A stretch of DNA of 64,000 nt from Chrysomallon squamiferum. Taxonomy: Eukaryota; Animalia; Mollusca. Shown in pieces: positions 12,780 through 24,316 of this stretch (within the stretch, counting starts at the first letter, position 1; each line of letters opens with the position of its first letter). The DNA is taken from positions 14,756,001-14,820,000 of the forward strand of contig CM022675.1 of NCBI GenBank assembly GCA_012295275.1, written 5' to 3'. The notes under the pieces were generated by a model. It saw only the letters and a program-made list of their open reading frames with translations. It made no database searches and was not told the DNA's origin. A program made the translations under genes and the position numbers.

Positions 12780-15700
12780 ACAATCAGGAAACTGTAGGTT
12801 TTGTTAGAACAATAAGTAATGTCTCAGAATTAGCAGAGATATATTTAACATATTTCTGAGTATACATGTCAGAGGGTACTATTTGTGATATTCAGATAGG
12901 GTAATTTCCATTTTTTGAGATACAGGAGCTTGGCAGAGCCATGCTTGTAAAAGATGCCATAAGAGATCCAGAAAAATTGGCAACAGGTAAAAATATACTC
13001 ATTCAGTCAGTTGGGGGAATGTGTACTACCATTCCATTACACCGACTCCTCAATTCATCTCACATTTCTGGAGAGATGTTGGTCGGTTTCTTAGATAGCT
13101 TACTGAAACTGAAAAAAAATTAACATGCTGATCAGAGCGAGCTGTTGTGAAGCACGTCTATGACAGGTACGCTTTCTGACAGGTCAGTGGGTGTGTCTGT
13201 TTACTGATGGTGGGTGTAGATATGTTGCTGGGTAATGATCTTTCAGAGAGTTGTTGTGCTAAATTTTACAGGTGTTAAATACTCCCATTTTAACCTGTGT
13301 TGATAAGTCAAATGATACTTTTCCAGCCTGTGTTACTACTAGGTCTATCACAAGGAAAATCAGATCAATGGAAAATCCATCAACTAACTTAAATGATACG
13401 TTTGTCAAGGATATTTGAGTGAGTAGATGAGATTGATTCAGGTGAAAAGGTTGAATCAGAATCTGGTCAAACAGTGATTACTGTTGATCAAACAATGCTC
13501 TGCCAAGTTAGACGTCTGTTGATAGTATCCTACAGATTAACTGTGAAGCACAGAGGAGTGATCCATCTTTGAAAGAGGTGTGGTGAAAGATGCTGGATTA
13601 AAAACAGTCTTTTGAATGAGACTGAATGTTTTTATGTGTATAATGATGTGTTGATGAAGAAAACCTTAAATAAAATCATGTCAAGTGAAATGAGAAGTAT
13701 GAATGTTTTCAAGTTGTAGTACCTAGAATAAACCGACAGGAAATACTAAGTTCAAGTCATGAAAATGTGTTTGTGGGTCATTTGGTGTGAATGAAAATGT
13801 ATGAATGGATTGCATCAGATTTGTACTGGACAGGAGTGCACCATGACTCCAAGGAATTTGTCAGAAGTTGTGAGGTGTGTCAGAAAAGTGGGAAACCAAA
13901 TCAAGTTACTGCCCTGGCATAAAATTGGTACCAATCAGTGGACCTGCTTTTTCAAAAGTACTAATAGATATTGTGGGACCACTGCCAAGAACTAGCCAGG
14001 ATAATAGTGATGTCTGAATACTAGGTTCCCAGAGGCAATCCCCTTATGCAAGATGACAGCTAGTATGGTAGCAAAAGCACCCTCAAAATATTTTACCACG
14101 ACTGGTTTACCAGATGAAATTCAGTCTGATCAAGGCTCAAACGTCATGTAAAATTGTTTCAGCAAGTCATGGTTCTTTTAGGAATACATCAGGTTAGGTC
14201 TAGTGCATATTACTCTGAGTCAGGGGCCCTGGAAAGATTTCACCAGAGCTTAAAAAGCATGTTGAGGTGTTATTGCAATGCACATGGTCAAGAATGGGAT
14301 CAGGGGATACCTTATGTACTATTTGCTGCTAGAGATTCAAAACAAGAATCACTGGGTTTCTCCCCATTTGATTTATATATGGGCACATTCCCAAAGGTCC
14401 CCTAAATTTAGTAAAAAAATAACTGGTTACAAGAAAATAGCTCAGACAATCTTCTGAACTATGTAGCTAAAATAAAAGACAGGTTATGGCAGGCGACTCA
14501 GTTAGCCCAAAAACATTCAGTGAAAGCTCAGGCTGTGGAAGTTAACCAGACGGAAATGTCTGTTCATCAGCCAGGTGAAAAGTCCGACATTCGGCTGGCT
14601 AACAGTGAAATTGTTTCCAACTTGGACCAGAAATTACATCACCTCTAAAGTGAGAGACAAAATGTCTTGAAACAGGTGATTTTGGAGTTCCCTGAATTGT
14701 TTCCTGATGCACCCAGTATGACTGACGTCATCACTCAGGATGTGGAAATAAAAGATGTACCTCCAATAAGCAACACCCCTACAGAATGAATTCACATAAA
14801 AGGGCCATAATGAAGTCAGAGATTGAGTACATGCTTGAGCTTAACATCACTGAACTGTCATGAAGTGAGTGGTCACATCCATGTATCTTGGTTCCAAAGC
14901 CAGATGGAAGCCACCGGTTACATGCCGATTTGTGCAAAAAATTAATCAGCTGATTAAAGCAGATTCCTACCCTTTGCCAAGACTAGACAACTGTATCAAC
15001 AGCATTGGAAATGCCAAATACATCATCAAATTGGATTTGTTAAAAGGATATTTCCTGATTCCTTTGACTGACCAAACTAAACAGATTTTAGCTATTGTAA
15101 TGCCTGATGGATTGTACCAGTTTTGTGCTAAGCTATTCGGTTTGAAGACAGCCACTGGAGCATTCCAAAGATTAATGAACCATGTGCTTGTGGATTTGCC
15201 AAATGTCTGTGTATACCTGAATGATCTTGTCCTGGCAAATGACACTTGACATGACCACATAAACGACTTAAGAGGACTGACTTTTGCTTGACTTTGAGAG
15301 GCTAAGCTGACTTAACCTCGCCAAATGTCAGTTTAGCCAACCTCAGGTGACATTTCTAGGACATGTAGTTGGCCTTGGAAGACTGGCACCAACAACTGCT
15401 ACTCGAAAAGAAGTGAGACGTTTCCTCAGTATGACAGGTTATTATCGTCATTTCTGCCCAAATTTTGCGACTGTTGCTGCACCTGTAACAGCTATGTTAC
15501 AGAAGGGTAACAAATTTGACTGGACAGAAGAGTGTTCTCAAGCCTTCCAGGAATGAAAGAACATGCTATGTTCAACACCAGTAATGGCAGCACCCAATCA
15601 CCAGCAGTCATTCAAGCTGGCTGTAGATGCTAGTGATGTTGGTTCCGGGGCAGTGCTATTTCAACAAGATCACAGTGGGATAGACCATCCAGTCAGGGTT

Positions 15701-15985
15701 TTTTCAAGAAAATTTAATAAGGATAACTTAATTATTCGACTGTTGATAAGGAAGCTCTTGGATTGATTGAAGCCTTGAAACATTTTCAAGTATATGTGAA
15801 ATCTGAACTTCACCCAGTAACTGTCTATAAGGACCGACCACAATCTACTTACTGTCATTCATTGCATGAAGGAAACTAATCTGTGAATTTTACACTGGAG
15901 TTTGATGCTACTGGAATAGCCAGTTACCATAAAGCATATTGCTGGGACTAACAACACCATTGTGGATGCTCTTTCCAGAATGTAA
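12780..15985 (+). mobile_element. Degenerate Ty3/Gypsy LTR retrotransposon, Gmr1-like (PR-IN-RT-RNase H order), internal region
   Basis: Protease DTGA at 12919-12930 and GVDMLLGNDL at about 13213-13242. Integrase: HENVFVGHL...CEVCQ, IDIVGPLPRT, TRFPEAIPL, IQSDQGSN, GALERFHQSLKSML, GFSPF (13755-14400). RT: YPLPRLD, LDLLKGY, FGLKTA, YLND (14750-15400). RNase H: LAVDASDVGSGAVL...IVDALSRM* ending at 15985. Many stops and frameshifts. Confidence 0.9.
13107..13200 (-). mobile_element. Third copy of the retroposon 3' end, inserted into the Gypsy protease region
   Basis: Perfect 7-bp target-site duplication TTACTGA (13100-13106 and 13201-13207). Removing the insertion restores the reading GFLDSLLMVGVDMLLGNDL. 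Confidence 0.8.
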
Positions 15986-16225
15986 TGTTGTTTTACCTTG
16001 CTTGTGTCTCTTGTTTAGAGCTATGGACTTGAAGATGTCTACTGATCAACCCATGGCAAACCAGGGAAATAATATCTTACTGAAGCTGAGACATCTATAA
16101 TGTTACTCTTCTTATTTTATGTATTGTTTGACAAAAAGTTTCATATGCATTCATGTCATTGTCTCACAAAAACTTTCACATGTATAATATGTAACCACAT
16201 TTGTTACTTCAATCACATCTGCTTC

Positions 16226-16360
16226 TGTTATTTTTGACTATGGAATTGAAATTACGTAACTTTAATTGTAACTACAATCACATCTGCTCTAGTTAATGTT
16301 TCTGCCAATTTTTCAACTCCATGGTGTTGTTATAAAAAGGCTGGCATTTTTTTGATTAAG
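16226..16360 (+). repeat. Dispersed direct repeat, copy 2 (pairs with 8235-8375)
   Basis: Same motifs as copy 1, in the same orientation; lies about 240 nt after the Gypsy pol stop. Confidence 0.85.
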
Positions 16361-16429
16361 GAGAGTGAAGGAAAAGGCCAAACAACAGTTAGTCAAGTGG
16401 GTAATCCAGTGTTTTTGAATGACATTGTA

Positions 16430-17105
16430 TTTACAGACAAAGGTATGGTAAGCAATTGTCTGTTCTTATTCTTATAATTAAGGAGAGCGAAGTTTATTAC
16501 CACTACCACAACAACATACATGTGGTCAATGTCTGACAACAATAAATATAGGTATCACTAGTGTTTTACACTACAACAACAGACATGCAGTCATTCTCTG
16601 ACAAAGATATATATAGGTATTGCTTGTGCTTTACCACTACAACAGCAGCAGACCACAACACCACAACAACAGCATACACATAGTTAATGTCCGACAACAA
16701 TACATTTTCTTATCACTAGTGCTTTACCACTTCAACAACAGGTGCCATGTAGTCAGTGTTTGACAATAAATATGTGTATCGCCACCAAAGCAACATGTGA
16801 CATGGCCAGTGTCTGACAAGAACTATGATGGTAATCATTAGTGTTCTACCACTATTACAAACAGTGAAACACTGTCAGTATTTGACACAGCAATTAAAAA
16901 GGTAATTGCTAGTGTCTTACCAATGTAACAACAGGTGAGATGTGGCCAATGTCTGATGCTGAGTGAACTGGTTATCCATGCAACAATTTTTGCATTGAGA
17001 AGAATTAAAATATCACTACTGCTTGACAAGAACAATGTCTGACAGTGATTAAAAGAGCTATCACTAGTGCTGGCCATTAGAAGAACATGTGACCAAGGTC
17101 TGGCA
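16430..17105. repeat. Old diverged tandem repeat, unit about 65-70 bp
   Basis: Recurrent ACCACTACAACAACA...ATGTGGTCAATGTCTGACAA...ATCACTAGTG, roughly 9 degenerate copies. Confidence 0.7.
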
Positions 17106-20100
17106 AAATCCATTGAAACCTACAATACCCTGAAGAAGACTTCTGAAACAGTCTGCTCTTTGCTTCCCACATTGAAGCAGGCTCTCAAAAGATCACTTTT
17201 CAAACATGTCTGAAATGAACTTCAACTTCTGCCACATTTATATTCAAATGACCACATACTGTAATAAATTAATGTAAGTACTATTACAATATAATTTGTA
17301 ATCAATCCTTTTTTTTTGTCTGTTTTCTTTCTTGATGTAAAGTGGTTTGAGCCTACTCTGTGGAGCAACAGGCACTACTGTTGCTAATGCTGCAGAAAAC
17401 TGCAAAGTGGAGTTTACAAACTTTCAACAATTCCATGAATCAAAGATGAAACTGACTTAGACTGAACTGACAGAGCAGAGTGTTACTGTAAGTTTGACAC
17501 TTTAAACTGGTTATTCTACTGTCGACACTGCTACAACAGGTAACATGCATTTAATAAAGATGAATAAACTGCAGTTGCAGATCCAGTGTGGGTGAATAGT
17601 GTGGCTAGCAACCCTTTCTGAGAATTGTTTGTTTTTGTTTTTAATGTTCATCCCAAACATGTACAGATTATTCCTTATTTGATATATAGCAAATGACATG
17701 TGTGATTAAACTGAGCATTCCTCATGTTTGGTGCTAGAAATTCTGAAACCTAGCAGGTATCTCTCATATCAGGTATTTTATTACTTTTATCAAGGGAAGA
17801 TTTTATGATATAAGAATCATTCCACCAATCTGCATACAAATATGAAGGTATCTGAATATTCTACAAATGTGCTACACAAAAATGAAGATGCCTTCATTTA
17901 TTCTACAAATCAACCACGTAAATATGAAATATATGAATACTTTAAACTCAAAAAGATATTTTATTATTATTATTTTACTTTTTTTTCTGCATTAAATTTA
18001 CCAGCAAATAATCTTTTATCCCTGTAAAACATATCACATAATCTTATATAAAGCTATTATGGCAAAGTGTATTGGCCAAATAAAAAAAAAAATTTGTTGC
18101 ATAAAAAGGAATATTGATCTTTGACCTATCATATTTCATGGTTGTACTCTAACCAGTAAGTGTAACACATGACAAAAAGAATAAAGAAAAAAGCTGAAGA
18201 AATTTACAGAGATGAATTTGGATTATTATTTAGGGATATTACGCAAGCTACTTCAAACTGTTCTCTGGGAAAACAGTAGAGGCCCTTTACTGAAATCCCA
18301 GGACACAGAATTAAAATAGACAAGTAAATATCTGATGAAAAATTAAATTAATAAAATAACCATGAAATAGTTTATAAAAAATATAAATAAAATAAAATGA
18401 AATAAAAATTAAAATATTTTAAAACATAAAATAAAAAATCATCAACATTCACAGAGATATTAGAAAGAAGAAATGTCATTTTGTTTTCTTGTATTGTTGT
18501 TCTTTCTTTTTTTTTTTTTTTTTTTTAAATATTGAATTTAAATGTTGTTTATATGGCAGATAGATGTGAACAAAATCCTGCATACAATATGAAATATCTG
18601 GATGATGGTCCATTATTGTTCAACTGAACAAGATAAATATTTTGAAACTGGATATAAATTATTTTATCTATGTTTATAATATATCTGTTTTACACACAGA
18701 TGAAGAATGGGTTGTTGATCAATATAAACTTTTATAAAATTCAGAATGTTTCTCCCACCTGTATCAACTACCAAGTATAAATCCCATGAAAAGTTCATTT
18801 TTATAATTCTATAAAATCAACTTAGCATCCCCTCCATTGAGGTGGGCTTTCATCATCTAACAGAAAATAGTTAACTAATGATAAACATAACCCTGTTATA
18901 ATTCAAAATATAATACATATTAAAACTGTGACCAAAAAAATATCAGGATCTTTACAATAAAAACATTGCTGAAGATTTAGGTCAGTTAAAAATAATGAGG
19001 ATTAAATAAAATTATTTCCTATGCAAGACCCCTCAAAAATACAAAAGGTAATACAGGTTCCTAAGCTAAATGTCAAATAACTAACTAGCCACTGGCTATC
19101 ATCCAGGGCAAGGAAATCTTAGAACAGTCTGCATTCTGACACACTGGTAATTAAATTAAGATAAAAATGCAGTTCATGTCAAAAACTACATTTAAATATA
19201 CTGAATTTTTTAGATAATTTTAATAAAAGGATTTTTCTCTTTAAAGACTTTTTTTTAGTATTCTTTTTAAACTTGTATGTGCATGTGTTTGCTTGTTTGA
19301 TATTAATAGTTGTAACTGATCTGCTAAGACATTTTACTTCAAACAGAACAGCAAAAACCATGATATTTAATTAATGTGGAACTGAATACTGTATGTGAGT
19401 AAAATAAACAGTTGCAATTAAAAACAGCACTAACTGTATAAGAGAACTTTCACAGATTTACAAACTAACTTTTAGCAACTTGTCAACTGTACATTAACTG
19501 ACAGTTTTCCATTAGATTAATAATTATTGTTTATTTTATATTTATTATTATATTATAGTAAAGAAAAGCAAAACAAAAAACCCACCTGAAAAAATATATT
19601 CTTATGATTGGTGGATTGGTGAAAATATTTAACCATGTATGATAAATTGGATATATCATGTCAAAAAAATCAATGAAAAAATAAAAAGGACAAAATATGA
19701 GAAAAACAAATACTTTTTAGGGATTTCCAGATATTAAAAACCATGAATTGCGTTAAAAACATGACTCCACATGTTCATTTAAGGAAAATCAAGTGATTCT
19801 GAGGTGTCAAAAGAAGAGTAAACTTGAAGTAACAATACTATTATTATAAAATTACTGTTCTAACAAAAATATATTTGTTCACTTACTGAGATCATACAGA
19901 AATGTATCAGCAAACCTCAAGTCACAAGTTTTGGTAATGTCTTTTCTTCAACATTTCATTCCTGCATTCTCTCTCTAAATGCATTCTTTTTTGTTGACAG
20001 CTTTCAAATGATTAATCCATGAAATCTTCTAGTAAAAAGAAAAATATTCTTCTTGTAATTATTAAAGAAATTACAACAAATAATTATAAAATTAAAATAT

Positions 20101-21379
20101 AAATAAATTAAAAGCATTATTCCATCTTCTTTAAAATGAAATAGAAGGAAAAGAAGAAATGTTTTAAAAAAAAAAATATTAACTGAATGGTAGATATCTT
20201 TTTTTAAGTATTACTGACTTTATTCAATTACCCAGTAATTATTCATTTTATTTCATTATAATTTTGTAATGCTGTTAACCATATTATCATAGTCCAGCTT
20301 GAAAATTTTGTTTTACGATTTTAATATATAATAAAAATAGAAATCGTATGTTGTTATACGACTTACTCATGACAGAGCCTGTGCAGTGTTAAACCTGCAT
20401 TTCCAGAAGCTTTCATCAGTCATTTCTTCATTTTTCAGCTCAGAAGTGTTTTTTTTTATTTCTGCATTTAGGCTAAAAACATAAATAAATCAATTAGTTA
20501 TAAAATGTTCATTTGAAGTAAATGTTTTCAATTATACATGTAAAGTTTAGACCAAAGTTATACTGCTCAACAAAAAGTGCCAAAACCTGATTATAATTAC
20601 ACTATAAAATCTTTAGGATGATGAACTGATATTTTAGGATACAGTATCATTCACTAGTCAGTTTTTCTAAACTCAGTAATTACTTAGTTTAAACTAAAAT
20701 TCAGAAAATCTGAAGATACAATAACAAAATACAAAATGGCCAATTACTTGAAATTTAGACAATATTTCAAAATTAAAAACTGCTGTCCATCTTGTAACAT
20801 TGACAAAATAATGATAGTAATACTGAAAAGGGAAAAGATCTAAAGTAATAATATAATATGCCAAACAATCTTTCTGAATTACATAGAATTAAGTATGATA
20901 TTTTTTAGGAATTCCTATTGACAAAAAAAAAAGTATGATTATTAGCAAAGTACAAATTTTAATTAATTGTAATTAATAGCATATACATTTACCTACAATT
21001 ACGAATATTTTCATATTTTTCAAAATATGTTTTCTTAAAACTGACTTGTCAGTTCAACTGTCACTTTGAAAATGAACAATGACAACTCACCATGCCAAGC
21101 CTTAGGTCTCTCTGGAGATCTACTTAAGCTTCACTAATTACATTTCAAGCTGTATCAAACAGTGGCCCATTTTGAACATTTTTTTAATTTGTTTGTTTGT
21201 TTATTTTTGCTATTATTTATTTATTTATTTATTGTCCGTTTGTTTGTGTGCGTGAGTTCTATTTATTATTATTATTTCTTTTTTTTAGTTCCTTGTGTCA
21301 CTGATTGTTCAACACTGAAAAACACATTATCACCTTGTTTACCTTGCTGTAACTTTAAAAAGAATTAAAAAAATAAAAA

Positions 21380-21411
<32 letters not shown>

Positions 21412-21656
21412 GAAATGTATTTACCCATTTAATTTCATTCAGTTCAAAACTGTCAAGACACATGCTATATTTTCTGGTAATTTCTGCCATTTTTAGTGAA
21501 AAGTGCGCTGTCTGATACTCCTCCATTATTAGCAATAAAGTAATTGACTACAGGCGCAGTAAAAATGGTCAACACTTTGAAAGTTCTGACTATCACTAGT
21601 CTTTTTTTTTTCTTTTCTTTTTTTTAATAAGTATAATAATTTAAATAATAATAATA

Positions 21657-21719
<63 letters not shown>

Positions 21720-22029
21720 GAAATAAATAGATAAAATAATTAAAAAAGAAAGAAACACAGACAGCACCAGGCACACAAAACAAACACATACAACATCAGA
21801 CACAAAATACAGACACATTTGGTGCCTGTGTGGTGTGCACAAAACTGAGGAACACAAAACAATACCTGTTTAACAGACAGCACATGAAACATGTCACACA
21901 CAACACACCCATAGAATCCAAAAACACCACACAGACACAACACAGAGACACACACCAGACACAACACAGAGACACACATCACACAAGACACAAAGGGCAA
22001 ACATGTGGCAACAACAAACATACAGTAAG

Positions 22030-22258
22030 CACAATACACACAGCATATAGGACAATACACACAGCATATAGGACAATACACACAGCATATAGGACAAAAC
22101 ACACAGCATATAGGACAATACACACAGCATATAGGACAAAACACACAGAATATAGGACAATACACACAGCATACAGGACAAAACACACAGCATATAGGAC
22201 AAAACACACAGCACAGCATATAGGACAAAACACACAGCACAGCATATAGGACAATACA
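22030..22258. repeat. 21-bp minisatellite (CACACAGCATATAGGACAATA)n
   Basis: About 10 near-identical copies. Confidence 0.95.
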
Positions 22259-23051
22259 CATGAACATCACACCAGAGCAACATACTACATGACACAAAAC
22301 ACATGAAACATCACACCAGAGCAACATACTACATGACACAAAACACATGAAACATCACACCAGGACAACATACTACATGACACAAAACACATGAAACATC
22401 ACACCAGAGCAACATACAACATGACACAAAACATGAACATCACACCAAAACATACAACATGACACAAAACATGAAACATCACACCACAGCAACATACTAC
22501 ATGACACAAAACATGAACATCACACCACAGCAACATACTACATGACACAAAACATGAACATCACACCACAGCAACATACTACATGACACAAAACATGAAA
22601 CATCACAAAAACATACTACATGACACAAAACATGAAACATCACACCAGAGCAACATACTACATGACACAAAACATGAAACATCACACCAGAGCAACATAC
22701 TACATGACACAAAACACATGAAACATCACACCAGAGCAACATACTACATGACACAAAACACATGAAACATCACACCAGAGCAACATACTACATGACACAA
22801 AACACATGAAACATCACACCAGAGCAACATACAACATGACACAAAACATGAACATCACACCACAGCAACATACAACATGACACAAAACATGAAACATCAC
22901 ACCACAGCAACATACTACATGACACAAAACATGAACATCACACCACAGCAACATACTACATGACACAAAACATGAACATCACACCAGAGCAACATACTAC
23001 ATGACACAAAACATGAAACATCACACCAGAGCAACATACTACATGACACAA
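22259..23051. repeat. 39-42-bp minisatellite (CATGAAACATCACACCAGAGCAACATACTACATGACACAAAA)n
   Basis: About 20 copies with small indels. Confidence 0.95.
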
Positions 23052-24210
23052 ATCTCTCACATAAAACAAACACACTCATAAACATACATACACTACATAC
23101 CACAGCAAACACAAAACAGTAACAGCACAGGGGACACAAAACACACACACATACCACATCATGAACATAACACAAGCATGCAAGAACTACAAACATAGAA
23201 AACTGCATACATTACACACACCATCCAGGACAAGACACACAACATTGAAAGCAACACATCATCAGATACATGTCACATCATACAAAACACAAAACTCTCA
23301 CACAAAGAGACTGGAACAAAAACAAGTCAGAAAACAAATACACAAGAACAACAAACTTGTACAATATATCCATTAGACAGAAGACACTGGACAAAAAACA
23401 CAAACATACAATAACAAGAAACATGTACAATATAAACATTACACAGACCAGACAGGAGACGGGACAGATAAACTTCACAACATGCAGCAAACATAGCACA
23501 TAGCAAAACTCAACATGCAGACTAGCCACCAGACTGTACAGTGGGATCTGCCCTGTGTTGTGTTTTGTTTTGTGTAGGTGACACATGTTGCATTTGGTGC
23601 TTGTATGGTGTGTACAAAAACACATCACAGATAGCCCATCATACAGGACATGATATACAACATACACATAATACAACATACACATAATACAACACACTTA
23701 CACAAGACAGAAACTACACACACCATACAGGACAAGTTATACAAAAAACACACCACAACACAATACACATCATACAAAATAGACATGCACTATACTGGTA
23801 ACAAGATACAGAGATACAGACAACACTGGAATCAAAGAATACACAAGGAACAAGAAGAAAAATAAAGAAGATTCACATTACACACACTACAGAGGACAAG
23901 GCACACAAAATAAAGCACCACATACATATACATCGCACTGGACTGAAAACACACAGACATCCAGCAGACATCCAAAGCACACAGAACAACACACCCAGGA
24001 TACTGCATATAAAACAATGGTGATGGCAATATACCCAGACAACAGTATAAGAGATATACCCAACACAGCAAACAAAATAAAACAAAACTACAGACCACAC
24101 TGGACATCACACACACATGCACATGCACACACACACACATGCACACACACATGTGCACACACACACACTGTACAGCACAAGGGAGGATTAGAAATGGTGC
24201 ATACACACCA

Positions 24211-24316
24211 CATGACACAGTTCTCATACCATATGACACAGTTCTCACTCAACATGACACAGTTCTCATACCATATGACACAGTTCTCACTCAACATGAC
24301 ACAGTTCTCACTCAAC
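24211..24316. repeat. 21-bp minisatellite (ATGACACAGTTCTCA-TACCAT/CTCAAC)
   Basis: Five copies of two variants. Confidence 0.9.

Noticed and set aside
17110-17460. Short coding-looking stretches on the plus strand
   Set aside because: Under 40 codons, no recognisable motif, and no linked exons.
21091-21149. TAA/TAG read as Gln (alternative genetic code)
   Set aside because: The neighbouring myosin uses CAA/CAG for Gln and ends with TAA; ordinary decay explains the stops.
22259-23051. CRISPR-like appearance of ~40-bp repeats
   Set aside because: Head-to-tail tandem units with no unique spacers, no cas genes, and a eukaryotic context.
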